NCBI GenBank assembly: GCA_951406725.2
Contig: OX597832.1
Location: 46,314,001 to 46,378,000, forward strand
Source: Octopus vulgaris
Taxonomy: Eukaryota
DNA: 64,000 nt
Direction: 5' to 3'
Shown here: positions 28,825-42,765 of the stretch, piece after piece
How positions within the stretch are numbered: position 1 is the first letter of the stretch
How the letters are laid out: the number at the start of each line of letters is the position of its first letter
Notes under the pieces: model-generated
What the model was told of the DNA's origin: nothing
Databases searched by the model: none
What the model saw: only the letters and a program-made list of their open reading frames with translations
Translations under genes and position numbers: made by a program

Positions 28825-29325
28825 CACTTCCGAGTGTTATGCCGAACAAATGGGCACCAATCTGTACGGGATTTAGGTCTGGCCCTTATTTTGTCAGGTC
28901 CTTTTCCTAAACCTTTAAGTTATGGACTCATAAACAAACTGACATATTTAGTAAAGAATAGTGGGGAAAATACAAACATGGGTACACGTGAAAATATTAC
29001 GGGTTTCATGAAAATTCTGTCAACACTTCCGAGTGTTAAGCCGAACAAATAGACTGCAGTCCTTATTCGATTTAGGTCTGGCCCTTATTTTGTCAGTTAC
29101 TTTTCCCAAACCCCTAAGTTACAGAGTCATAAACAAAGTAACATCGTTACTAAAGAGTAGTTGGGAAAATACAAACATGGGTACACATGAAAATATTACG
29201 GGTTTCACAAAACTTTTGTTTGCCGAATTCACTCAAAAGACATCAGTAAAATCTGAGCTATACAAGAAAATACTTGTCCAAGGTTCTGCTCAACGGGACT
29301 GAATCAGAAACCATGTGTCTGCAAG
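28825..29325 (-). mobile_element. Old A-related SINE with 199-bp internal tandem duplication
   Basis: CACTTCCGAGTGTTA starts units at 28825 and 29024; ACTTGTCCAAGG...GGGACTGAATCAGAAACCATGTG resembles the A head. Confidence 0.7.
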
Positions 29326-29765
29326 GCGACAAGCATATAACAGAAACCTAGGCAACGAAGAGGAGAATCAAGATAAAAAAATCACACAGAACAGCTTATG
29401 CCTTATGCCTCACCCATTTGGAAAATTTTCATGTTTTTGTGAAACTGCAAGGAATGGTAAATTCCCTCTTTATTTTTTAAAAAAGAAATAGCGAGTGAAT
29501 CCAGATAAACGTAACAGACGCACAAATTATTCTGCTATTGGCCGCTACGCAAATAAATCAAAAATAAAATAACAAGCGAAACGGAGTAGTTCTAGATTCA
29601 CTAACATCCGTCCTGACGCAACAGCTTGAATGATACAGATATACACATATACATGACCATAAATGCCTTCATACACAAAAGAATCTCACTCACAATCACA
29701 TATACACACACGTAAATATATACATTTGTACACATCACACAAACCATACATATAGACATATAGTT

Positions 29766-29967
29766 TTTAGCAGAAACGTTAATATGCCGGGCGAAATTCT
29801 TAGCGGTAGTTCGTCTGTCTTTAAGTTCTGGGTTCAAATTCCGCAGAAGTCGTCTTTGCCTTTCATCCTTTCGGGGTCGATAAATTAAGTACCTGTTGCG
29901 TGCTGGGGTCGATCTAATCGACTGGCCCCCTCCCCAAATATTTCTAGCCTTGTGCCTAGATTAGAAC
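29766..29967 (+). mobile_element. SINE family B with alternative 3' tail
   Basis: B head/core, then CCCCCTCCCCAAATATTTCTAGCCTTGTGCCTAG; similar tail at about 25040-25085 and, reversed, about 35340. Confidence 0.85.
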
Positions 29968-30304
29968 AAGGATATACTGTTTTGACAGGAATTTAAAAGT
30001 ATAAAAGTAACAAGTGCAAGTATAAACTTAACGTATACAATAATAGTTTAAAACGTAGTATTATTTATACCTACTGATATGAGGAGAACTATCAATGCAT
30101 TCATGCTGTACATAACGCTATCCCGTAAGGAATCTTGTCTCCACATAGAGTATGTATATGCATACATATTTCATACCAGTTCTGTTTTCTTTTCATGAAA
30201 ACTATTTGTGTAATAACGGTTCAAGATGGTCCGAGTCATTACTGTTTTGTAATGTAGACTCGAAATATCCTCTCTCTCTTTCTTTATCTCTCTCTCCCTC
30301 TCTC

Positions 30305-30346
<42 letters not shown>

Positions 30347-30408
30347 TATATATATATACACGCATATACATATATGTATATATATCTGTATATATATGTA
30401 TATACTTC

Positions 30409-30593
30409 ATTTAAATCAGCAGTAAATTCAACAAAAACCGGTAACTCTGAGTTTCACGTTCCCGGGAACGTGAAACTCAGAGTTACCGGTTTTGTTGAAT
30501 TTTCTGCTGCTTTAAATAAAGCATATTACTCTACCACTGGTATTTGAGTACTCTTTTATCCACCTTGTTTCACATTTATGTGTTTACTCCGGT
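30409..30593 (+). mobile_element. Near-perfect 109-bp palindrome plus one-sided extension, between TA-rich tracts
   Basis: 30409-30517 is self-complementary about CCCGGG (30461-30466); unique sequence continues to about 30593; contains GAAACTCAGAGTT. Confidence 0.8.
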
Positions 30594-30766
30594 ATATATG
30601 TATATATATATATGTATATATACATACGTATATATATGTATATATATGTATATCTATCTATCTTTCTATCTCTCTATATATATGCATATATATGTATATA
30701 TGTATATATATATATGTCCACATATCTATCTGAGTCTTTCTCTATCAGCCTCAATTTATCTGTTCG

Positions 30767-30803
<37 letters not shown>

Positions 30804-30824
30804 AATACACACACACATACACAA

Positions 30825-30917
<93 letters not shown>

Positions 30918-31068
30918 AAATTCATGTTAATCTCACGAAGGGATGGTTTCTTTCAAGGAAATACTGCTTTAATACCTAGTATTTTGGGGAAATTAATTTC
31001 CTTAAAACAAAAGCTATATATATATATATATATAAACAAATAGTTTAGACTCATGTAAAAGAAGAAAG

Positions 31069-31380
31069 GGAAAATGGAGATTGGGAAGTTAATAATTGTT
31101 TATTATTAATAGCAAATTAATCATCATTCCTTACAGCTGTTTCAATTAATAGTAACTGTTAACATTATATGACCTGGGTATAATATCTTCTATAATGAAT
31201 CCATAAACACATACAAAACATCCAAGGGTATTTTTGTGCCCGCTGAAGATATTATGCGCAGGTCATACAAAGTCAATATCTAATTAATATTTACTGAGTA
31301 TTAAGTGAAGCAGCTGTGAGGGATGATGATTAATTTGATGTTAATAATAAACATTTATTAACTTCCCACTCACCATTTCC
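31069..31380 (+). mobile_element. Diverged foldback element with hammerhead-like motif
   Basis: Arms about 31069-31190 and 31245-31380; CTGAAGA at 31243-31249; GAAGCAGCTGTGAGGG in the right arm and GAAACAGCTGTAAGG in the left arm (minus strand). Confidence 0.7.
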
Positions 31381-31384
31381 TATC

Positions 31385-31411
31385 TCTTCTTCTTCTTCTT
31401 CTTTTTCTTCC

Positions 31412-31442
<31 letters not shown>

Positions 31443-31471
31443 CTTCTTCTTCCGCTTTGTCTTCTTCTTCT

Positions 31472-31518
<47 letters not shown>

Positions 31519-31561
31519 TTCTTCTTCTTCTTCTTCTTCTTCTTCTTCTTCTTCTTCTTCT
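31385..31561. repeat. (TTC)n microsatellite
   Basis: Direct inspection; source of the poly-E/poly-S ORFs. Confidence 0.97.
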
Positions 31562-31565
31562 TTAC

Positions 31566-31611
<46 letters not shown>

Positions 31612-32450
31612 GTATTTATATATTATATATATATATATTATATACACACATATATATATATGAATATCTATATGTATATATGTATAAATGTATATATTTA
31701 TGTATATATACATGTGTATATATATATGTATGTATTTGTAGTTATCTCCTCACGCACTTTCCAATATGCCTGTGTGTGCATGAATTAATTTGTATGTGTA
31801 TATGTGTATACTTAAATTATGTATGTCTTTATATATACATGCGAAGTAATCATATATAAATATTTGTGTATTTATATACTGGATTTCCACATGTGTACAA
31901 AGAACGAATATAGTGCAAAGCAACGCATGTATAAAAATGTATTTCTGTGTGATTTTGTATAGAACATTCCATAACTCACGTTTTTAGGATCGATGGCAAA
32001 CTGGTAGGTATGTGGCTTGTATGTACTTGCACACTGAGGGATTTAAAACCGGAGAACATTAAATTCTACACAGATCTAACATAATATTCAAGAGCCATCT
32101 ATACAGCCTGGCCCATGAGTGAATTAAACGGTGAAGGATTAGGTTTCGGATTTAGTTTTGTTGCTTCATCAATGTACGGTGTGTGCAACAGGAAAATATT
32201 ATTGGACATAAAATCGTGTGTGAAGCCAGATATAACATTTATGCATAATGTCACATTCCCAGTATGAAAGTATTAGTATTCAAAATATTCCTCTATTTCC
32301 CTGTCCCTCCTTTTCTGCAGCACACACGCGCAAAAACAGACGCTTACATACGTGCATCTCTCATCTATCCATCAATTAATCTGACTGTCTATCTGTCTGT
32401 CTCTCTCTCTATATATATATATACATACATACATACTTACATATATATAT

Positions 32451-32570
<120 letters not shown>

Positions 32571-33000
32571 GGGAGTGAGGCATCTACTACTATAAAATTT
32601 GGATAACATACACAAACACAAACGCGTACACATACACGCACACACACATATATATATACATATATACATGCATCTGCGTGTGGGTGTATGTATGCCATTA
32701 TTCAGTTTTATTTCGAGATTTCTTGCCAATAGAGAAATCCGTTTTCTAACCTAGATCCAAGGCTCCTTCATTGGAATTTCAACGACATCAGCGAGATAAC
32801 CTTGTATGTATTTATGTATAGGTACACATTTGTATGCTTTGTTTTTATGTATGTATGTATGTATTTTTATGCATATATTTGAATATATAGACATAAACAT
32901 ACTTAAGTAATAAACGTCTGGAAGATATTACAGATTTTCTTTCAGTTCCAGAGATGACTGATTGAATCAGTAGTTTCAGGATCAGTTTTTTCGTTTCTGG

Positions 33001-33001
<1 letters not shown>

Positions 33002-33050
<49 letters not shown>

Positions 33051-33074
33051 TTGTGTGTGTGTGTATGTATATAG

Positions 33075-33134
<60 letters not shown>

Positions 33135-33143
33135 ATATAGATA

Positions 33144-33206
<63 letters not shown>

Positions 33207-33239
33207 ATGTATATAGATATGTATGTGTATATATGTATG

Positions 33240-33296
<57 letters not shown>

Positions 33297-33311
33297 ATAT
33301 AGATATGTATG

Positions 33312-33366
<55 letters not shown>

Positions 33367-33379
33367 ATGTATATAGATA

Positions 33380-33432
<53 letters not shown>

Positions 33433-33445
33433 ATGTATATAGATA

Positions 33446-33508
<63 letters not shown>

Positions 33509-33519
33509 ATATAGATATG

Positions 33520-33552
<33 letters not shown>
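33002..33552. repeat. Higher-order microsatellite: [(TA)n(TG)n GTATATAGATATG] units
   Basis: GTATATAGATATG spacer recurs seven times at roughly 60-85 bp intervals. Confidence 0.9.
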
Positions 33553-33555
<3 letters not shown>

Positions 33556-33962
33556 GGAGTGGCTGTGTGGTAAGTAACCAACAAGTTAACCAACAAGTTA
33601 ATTTCACCAACAAGTACTGGTGTTTAGAACGATCAGAATGTGTTTTCCGAGCTGTTGTAACTTAGTAATCACCATTAGCATCATTGAACTCTTTACGAAT
33701 ATTCTGCACTGTCGTTAGAATGACATTCAAATGCTCTGAAATATTCGTATTGGAGCTTGGAGTACGAATGCCTAACTAACAGCACGTCGTTTCCAAATTT
33801 CTGGCAGAGTGAATTAAATCATGGTGTTTTTCTAACAGGCAGTGCCAATATATATCAAAAATTCTATAGTATAAGGATTTTGCTATGGAAGGGTGAAATT
33901 ACTTTTCCATTTTCTGAAAAAGCAACGTTTTAGACTTACGAAACTTTTGCATAATGGCAACG

Positions 33963-34005
<43 letters not shown>

Positions 34006-34191
34006 TATCATTTATGCGGTCATAAAAATTGTTATAATGTCTTCTTGTTGAGATCGGTTCCCTGTCTCTCCTCATGAGAAGATTGCAATTTACACCGTTT
34101 ATTCCTTTGGAATAAAACCAATGTTGTCTTCGAAACATATGTCGAAATTAAAAGAATTTGAATAGCATCTGCGTTCAACTCCATTTACTTA

Positions 34192-34236
<45 letters not shown>

Positions 34237-34319
34237 TTAGGAACTAGCGTCATATCAAACAGAAGGGAGAGAGAGATTGAGGGAGAGATTTGGAGAGAGA
34301 GTGAGTGATACAGACAGAA

Positions 34320-34356
<37 letters not shown>

Positions 34357-35339
34357 GGGAGAGATTCCGCTGTTATCATGTCATTTATGTCAATTATTTT
34401 ACGAAATACTTCCCTCTTATTTTATAAACGCAAGGAGATTCGAGTAAGACAAGTGCTGAAGTTTGACTAACAATGTTATTAGTTCTGCTCTTTCGTTGCT
34501 GGTGCGAAATATGTACCACTATATCCACTACGTTGAAGTTATCTCTATCTCTCAATTCACATTGTAAGTCCTTGAAAAAAAAATTCAACTTTACTTAATC
34601 ATAGCAGACATTCCAATTTCCTTATAAATAAATTGTTTTTCCTCGTTTTCTGAATTTTTTTTGTTTTTATTTTCTCTAGTGTTTCTCTTTTAAATATACT
34701 TGCATTCGCCATATTAGGATTTTATTAGAAATTTTTAGAAGTAATTCACCTTCATATTTAATCTCATACCTTATATTGTATTTCGATGTTATTTTGAAGT
34801 ATTTTTAGCTTTTCAAAGAAGATAAAATGAATTCGCTTCGTGCAAAGAAAAGAAAAAAAATATTCTAAAACAATATGTTATCCGTTTAACAATATATAAT
34901 TCGTAATTTAACTTTTATACTCAAGATATTAAAATATATTAAGTAACCAAATCAGAAAAAGAAATTTTTGTGCGAATTATAGATCACTTATGAATATAAA
35001 AATATAGAAAACATAAAACTATTGATACCATCTTTTAACCAGTTAAAATAATAACCATATCGTATCTTAAAACAATATTGTTTTGAAATTCAATATTATC
35101 CATATTACAGTTTAACTAATTTAAAATTTCTTTACAAACTCTATATCAGTCAATGGTGCACTATACAGAATTCTTTTTTTTTTATTTTGTAATTTTGAAC
35201 TATAATATGCGCACTAATATCAGCTATTGGTGTAGTCTGTTTTACGGGATCAATTTTGTACTGATATTTAATTTGAAGTTTGAAGCACAAACTCAACCCA
35301 AGAAAGATTTGAACGCTGAATGTATGCGTACTCAAATAC

Positions 35340-35945
35340 TGGTTTCAGATTTTGACACAAGGCCAGCAATTTCGGGGAAATGGGTAAGACGATCATTTCG
35401 ACACCAGTGCACGACTGGTGGTTATTTTATCGACCCCGAAATATTCAAAGGTAAAGTTAACCACGACAGAATTTGAACTCAGAGCATACCTACTTCTGTA
35501 TTACCCACAAGGGGCTAAACACAGAGAGGACAAACAAGGACAGACAAACGGCTAAAGTCGATTACATCGACCCCAGTCCGTAACTGGTACTTAATTTATA
35601 GACCCCGAAAGGATGAAAGGCAAAGTCGACCTCGGAAAAATTTGAACTCAGAACGTAGCGGCTGACGAAATACTGGCAAGTATTTTGTCCGGCATGCTGG
35701 CGACTCTGCCAGCTCGCCGCCTTCTATACGCTCGTATATTGGTTTCAAAGGCCAACAGGGCGGAGCAGCAGCTAATTTGATCAAATCGACCCCAGTGTCC
35801 AACTGATACATTTTAAAATTCACTCTGAAAGGATAAAAATGCAAAGTTGGCCTCGGCGAAATTTGAACACATAACGTGCAGACGGACGAAATGCCGCTAA
35901 ACATTTCATCCGGCGTGCTAGCCATTTTGTCAGCCCGTTGCCTGC
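35340..35945 (-). mobile_element. Cluster of three SINE B-family copies
   Basis: Headless alternative-tail copy about 35340-35485, well-preserved copy about 35488-35722, degraded copy about 35740-35945. Confidence 0.85.
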
Positions 35946-37075
35946 TATGCTTTTACACATTGTCACATATTTTGTCTCATATTTTCCTGCTTGAATCTGT
36001 GTAGATGAAATGTTAAGCAATATTTATGTAATACTGTAGAAACGTTCCGTATCCCTCGTATGTCTTTCGATAATTATTTACGTATATTTACGATTTGATC
36101 TCAAACCGACGAAGGACATCTTTGTCTTTGATCATCCCACACTCGATTAAAATATGTGCCATAAAATAAAATCAATGACTGAAGTCGGTGAAATCGATTG
36201 TAATATTGCTACTTATTGAGAATGTGTACCTATTGTAAAAACCAATATTATGTAATAAGGTGAAAGGCTTGGGTATTTTGAGTGCAATCAAATCAATATA
36301 TTCCATTATAGAAACAATTCAATATTGAATAGTGTACTCCGTCATCGAAACTGACCTTCATACACAAATACAGAATTATAGGCCATCATATATACAAGTA
36401 AAAACAGATATACGGAACTGTGCTAGTATATATGCTATATCGAAGTGCTGTCATTGTACACCATATACCATATGACACAATTTACTTACGGCTTTTAGGT
36501 GCAGATGTCGAAAATCATAGAAGTTGAATACGGGAAAAAATAGATCAATTCTTATTCATATTCGGAAACCGTATCAAATAATGAGATTTTTCCAGCCTTC
36601 GCAAATATACGGAACATCCATCACTAGGAAATCTAAGAATACGTCCATCACTTCTAGATTGGATTGATAGTGAGTTAGCTCGACTGTCCAATACGCTAAG
36701 ATGTATAAACACCCGGTGATTTGAGAGAGTATTCACCATCACACAAAAAACACCCTACCGGAAAATACACGTGGCTTATATGTTGTGTACATGGGGCTGG
36801 TATTGTCTATTACGCTAGCGCTACTTTTAATTCGTATTTCAATTTATTCTTACATGTGCTTTGTCCGTGCATAGCGGCACATGATTTTCCACGTTATGCG
36901 CATATACGTCGTGAACTGGAGAAATGATTAATCTCCGAAATAGGAGTGAGGGTTAATTATCTCACCTGTTCATGACTGAAAGGTATATATGACTCGGCGC
37001 TTTGAGAGAGTATCCTCCCCCACGCCACTAGCAGCTTACCAGCAAATACACGAGGTACGTGTGGTTTATAATGTT

Positions 37076-37119
<44 letters not shown>

Positions 37120-37271
37120 AATTCACAGCGACTGCGAACCCACAAGAGTAAACAAGAGAGACAGAGACAGGCAGAAACAAAGAAAATGCCACTTGTATTT
37201 GAACACTATACAAATATTCTTTTAAAAAAACTTTTGTTTTAATGTTTCTAAATTTAATTGTTTAATTGTTA

Positions 37272-37307
37272 CAGTTGAAAATGTCACAATGACTGAAACC
37301 GGTACTG
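37272..37307 (+). ncRNA. Degenerate minimal hammerhead motif
   Basis: CAG-TTGAAAA-t-GTCA caa TGAC-t-GAAAC CG GTA-CTG: stems I and II pair and stem III is the palindrome ACCGGT; core differs from CTGAAGA at two positions. Lies in a ~240-bp island between TA tracts. Confidence 0.5.
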
Positions 37308-37359
37308 AAATGTTGTTTATAAAAATAATTTCAGCATTTTCTATCTTGACATTATTTTA

Positions 37360-37452
<93 letters not shown>

Positions 37453-38328
37453 TAAAGCTGCTACTGGTTTAAACACGCCTTTGGCACACTCGATCACTTG
37501 CGACAGCCGTTCATTGTATGCCGTTACGGAGAAAATTTGTCGCTGTAGACAAATAAGTGTAAACACACCAGGTCAACACGCAGCTCCCTGTAACCAGACC
37601 AATGAACACATGGGTTTCGGAGTAGGTATGTCCTTTCAGTATCAGTCAACGGAAAGGATAACGCTACGAGCTGATAAGAGGTGAATATCTCATATTATAT
37701 TCAATTTATCATATTATGTGACTGGCTGCACAAATTGGTGTCTCGCCGAAGATAATATGCAGAATAAAAAAGCTAAGCAATGTTATATATACATATGTGC
37801 ATGTGTGTGCGTGGCGTGTGTGTGTGCGTGAGTATGTACGTGTGTGCATGTGTGTGTGTACGAAGATCACGCGCAGTGAAACTGAAACCCAATCCAGGTG
37901 GTTGTAAATCGATCTTCGTAAACACTGAGCCAGGTCTATATATGTGTGTCCGTGTGCGTCTTTGTTTGTTTGTGTTTGTGTGTATGTATGTGTGTTAGTC
38001 TTTGTGCGTGTGTGGTTAGCATATACACTCATACACATACATACAAATACAGACATTCATATATACCCAAATAGTCATCTATGTATACCTTATTAACTAG
38101 CAGGAATACTGAATATTCCATTTTGTTAAATGCCATTTAATATGAGAGAATATCACTTGTGATTTGATTCTGAATAAACATTGTTGCTCCCTATTGACCG
38201 GTAGACTTAGGTTCCAGATAATTAATAAAATTCTTATTACTAGTTGTGCAAATATAAAGGCGCGCCCGTACAAGCTCATATATATTTGGTATATATTGCA
38301 TTATTCGGTTTTGCTAGAGGTGCGTATT

Positions 38329-38590
38329 GTGTAGGCGCGTGGCTTAGTGGTTAGTGTGTCAGTATCATGATGGTAAGATTGTGGTTTCGATTCCTGGACC
38401 GGGCGATGCGTTGTGTTCTTGAGCAAAATACTTCATTTCGCGTTGCTCCAGTCCACTCACCGGGCAAAAATGAGTAACGCTGCGATGGACTGGCGTCACG
38501 TCCGGCTGGGGAGCACATACGCCATTGAAACCGAGAAACCGGGCCGATGAGCCTGGCTAGGCTTTAGAAGGGAGCTTTTAATTTTTTATT
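38329..38590 (+). mobile_element. SINE D-head/Y-tail with 14-bp TSD
   Basis: Head GGCGCGTGGCTTAGTGGTTAG...GTTTCGATTCC; tail GCGATGGACTGGCGTC...GAAACCGGGCC; TSD TAGAGGTGCGTATT at 38315-38328 and 38591-38604. Confidence 0.9.
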
Positions 38591-38644
38591 TAGAGGTGCG
38601 TATTATATATCGCTATGGAAGAATTTTCAGTTCTGCTACATATT

Positions 38645-38855
38645 AGTTTCAAACTTTGATACAAGGACAGAAAGAATGGTTGATAGAGTAAGTCGAATAC
38701 ATGAACCCCATTCCTAGACTGGTGTATATTTTATCAACTTAGAAAAAATGAAAGGCAAAGTCGACCCCGGCGGCATTTGAACTCAAAACATAAGGACTGA
38801 CAAAATGCCACCTAGCATTTTGTCCGACGTCCTAAAGATACTGTGAGGTAGCCGA
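38645..38855 (-). mobile_element. Degraded SINE B (alternative tail)
   Basis: ATGAAAGGCAAAGTCGACCCCGGCGGCATTTGAACTC core. Confidence 0.75.
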
Positions 38856-38959
38856 TTTATATCTCTACAAGATATATAAATAATATATAAATATAAGTAT
38901 GCTTATGTATATACGTATTATATGTACATAGAATACATGTGTGTATATATAAATGTATT

Positions 38960-39023
<64 letters not shown>

Positions 39024-39819
39024 TACAGACACAGATAAATGGACAGGTACTTGGTTATCCTTATCACCTTGCATATGCATATATATGTGTTTGTGTGTGT
39101 TTGTTTGTATACAACCACATACACACAATCAATGTTTATGAATATCTATGTATATATTCATAACCTATGTACACACATACGTGTATGCGTGGATGCGTGT
39201 ATGCGTGGATGCATGCGCCTGTGTATAGCAATTCACGCTGTCCCTGGCGGCTTGCATTCGCACATCTTTCAGCGATTTCTCATTTCCATTACATAACTTC
39301 CACTACGCCATACATGTCATCTATTCATTTCATGCAGACGTGAAAATAAAGGCTGGTAAATACAACCGAAGCGCTATCATTTGCTAATAACATGTATGGA
39401 TGCAGAAACAAGTGTCATATTTGCCTTCTGGCCATGAAACCCAAAATTGATCGGCATATTTTAAGGTCTTGTTAATGCAAAAACGAATGTTAATCCAATG
39501 AATTTATAAACAATACTTATTACTAGTGAGTACTAATGTACGATGGGTGTTTGTTTATCTAATCAGAAAGCAAAACTAAGTTCGATGAATCAATAATGCT
39601 TCTTGTACATTATTTAGAATAACTTGGCCATTGTGAATAATTTATGTGATTACTCATGTTTGCATGTGCGTATACATTAAGTTATGCATGTATACATGTG
39701 TACATGTAATATATAAATATACGTATGCATATATATACATTTATGTACATAAATGTATGTATATATATATATACATATAGACGTATATACATATACATGT
39801 ATTTACACATACATACACA

Positions 39820-39864
<45 letters not shown>

Positions 39865-39916
39865 ATATATATATATAGATATGTAAACATATATATATAT
39901 ATATATATATATAAAC

Positions 39917-39947
<31 letters not shown>

Positions 39948-39952
39948 TAAAC

Positions 39953-40021
<69 letters not shown>

Positions 40022-40074
40022 TACACACACACACACACAAACACATACACTCGCACGTTACATACGTTTTGACA

Positions 40075-40820
40075 TGCTTCTTTCCGAACTGAATGAGAAA
40101 TGAATTATATTTATGAAGGCCAGCTTGGTTTAGTTTTGTATAGTTAATATATTCCAAAAACGTGATGCATGGATGCTGCTTTAATATCACCAAATCGATG
40201 CTGCGTAAATGAGGAGATGTGGAATGCATAGACCATCCATATTGATTTCAATAAAAGGGGATCTAAAAATTGTCCCTGTCCAGAATCTACACATTTATTC
40301 TCACTATATATCGTTTTCAATGTTTTCATGATGTTGGCCCCATATGGTTAGCGTAGGTTTGTCCATCATAAATATGGACATTTTCCATGTAGGCATGTGG
40401 ATCTCATTAAATCCTCTCCAATGGCTCGTTACGCTAACCAAGCATAAAGAAGTGTACGTGGTCAGTAAAAAAAAGGGAGTTTCTAAGTTGCAGTTTTTCA
40501 CGCGAAGGAAAACAACCAAAATTCCTTCAAGTGCATTGTTTCTTTTTCTAACTGATCTTTGGAATCAATTGAAGCTGTATCCCTTAATTAGCCATTTCTA
40601 TGTAAGCAGAACAAAAAGATAACACGCAGAAGGAAGATGTGCAAAACTTGAAATCTAGAAATCATCTGCGGAGGTACATCTGCACCGACAGATACACATA
40701 AACCAGTTGTATCTGGTTCCATCTGCGACTGATCGATGGCTGGATAGGTTAAAAAGTTTGTAGCGACCAGGAAAGTTTCCCCCCGACCATTTTTTATACG
40801 ACACTTTACTTATTTTCTCA
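40075..40820 (-). mobile_element. Possible decayed hAT (SPIN/GTF2IRD2-like) transposase fragment
   Basis: Minus-strand pieces in the expected order: NLSSHRSVA, MSIFMMDKPTLTIWG (cf. LVSITTDGAPxMxG), AFHI (cf. FHCIIHQ), [18 protein letters not shown] (cf. INxIxxxALxHRxFxxFL). Frameshifted and weak. Confidence 0.4.
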
Positions 40821-40886
40821 CTCCCGTCTCTGCTTCCTTCTTCCTCCATCCTTCTCTAATTCTCTTTTTTCCCCTCTATCCTTCAC

Positions 40887-40930
<44 letters not shown>

Positions 40931-42720
40931 GCTCATACGTGACCATCGTCTATCCTTCTTTTCCTCACGTGAACATCTTTCTTTTCCTGCTCGGACGTCT
41001 AAACGATTAAACATCTTTTCTCTCTCTCTCTTTTCAAAAATGTCTCTCCCAGCGTTCACAATTCTCCTTTCGTTCCGGTCTAACGACCCTCCACCTCTGT
41101 TTATGTTTGGTTTCCTTGTATGTTTCCAATGTTATTTTTTTAGCTCCCAACTTTGTCTTTCCATAAATCCAAAATTCCAGTTTAGATTTTGCGGGAGCTA
41201 TTGTCTTTGAAAACTCATATTGTCGTTTGAATGGTCAAAATGAGGTGTAGGTACATAGCCCACAACGGATAAAGGGTCCTTTTTCTATGTTACCATATCC
41301 GTTTTCCATTTTTCCTCGTTTACGTATTTCACTCGTTTTTGTTCTGTAATTATTGTCCGCCTCTTGTATCTATCTCTTGTGTGTATGTTATGTGCACCAT
41401 TGGTGACGTCCTGTACCCATATATGGATATATATATATATATATATATACAACACGCATAAGCACGCGCAACACGCATAAACACATGCAACTAGCATAAC
41501 TTTCGCCCACAATCGTACACTATACATTTGCGCACTATATGATTACACCCACACACATACACACGTGCGCACACACGCACACACGTACACGCACACGCAC
41601 ACACACACATCATGTTAGCCTCACATATATACACACGTCTATACCTATACTCACACACATACATACTCAAATACCAAAAATGCACATCAACGCTACACAG
41701 CACATATACTAAGTTACTTGTACACATACACACGCTCCCATGCCAATGCTTTTGCACATACACACATGGTAACTGCACGCATACGTACACATGCCCATAC
41801 ACTCACACACATACATAGCAGTACATGTAACGCATATCACTCCGCATAATATATGTACTGGCTCACTAACACTCATACACATTAGGGAGAGAAACACCAC
41901 CTGTTCCATCTTGTTAAGGGCGCGAGTGGGGTGATTCTTATGATGGACTCTTCAATAGCTAGATTTCTCCTACAGCTATTTGACATAAATCCACACGTCA
42001 CAAATGTTCTAGTATTATACGAATCTGTGCAGTACGATGTCTTTAATCCGCGCACCTTGGTGACACTTCTGTGCCTGCATTATGCCTTGAATGGCAGTGT
42101 CTCTCGGTAGTAGTGCCAGGCTAAGGTTTCTGTGAACTCTCCGTAATAGTTCGTCTTCGTCGACACCGGCTGTATCCCAGAAAGCCTCATCTTTCTTAAC
42201 TATTACTAGACTCTAATTTATTCTTAAAGTGCAACTTCCAACAATCGCGTGCCCATTGCTCAACCTTGATAATTTCTTGAACCAGGATTATAGTTAAAAT
42301 CCGAGCTTTGGAAATCAGTTCTTTTAAACGGGGACCTTACTTTTTCATTGTATTGGAAAATGGGTAGGTGGATTACCCTCAGCAAGAATCTGCGCTCCAG
42401 GATCCTCGTTATATAGAGCCCGCTATACAGAGGTTGTTGACTAAAAATGGAATATATAAGTAGTTAAATGCATCCCTTCCAAAAGTAGCAGATAATCGGA
42501 CTTATCATTCTATCCAAACGGGAACTGCGGCATGTCAAAGGACCTGGCTGCAACCTATCTCGTGGCCAACGAATAGTATTAATTCCGTTACTTTCCGTTA
42601 CTTTGCAGCCATTTCATTTTATTAACAGAAATGAAGAAAGTCAAGTTAACAAGAGGTCAGATTTTCAATGCCGGAATAAATACTACAAAACAATTCTAGC
42701 CATCCACATAAATATATGAA

Positions 42721-42760
<40 letters not shown>

Positions 42761-42765
<5 letters not shown>

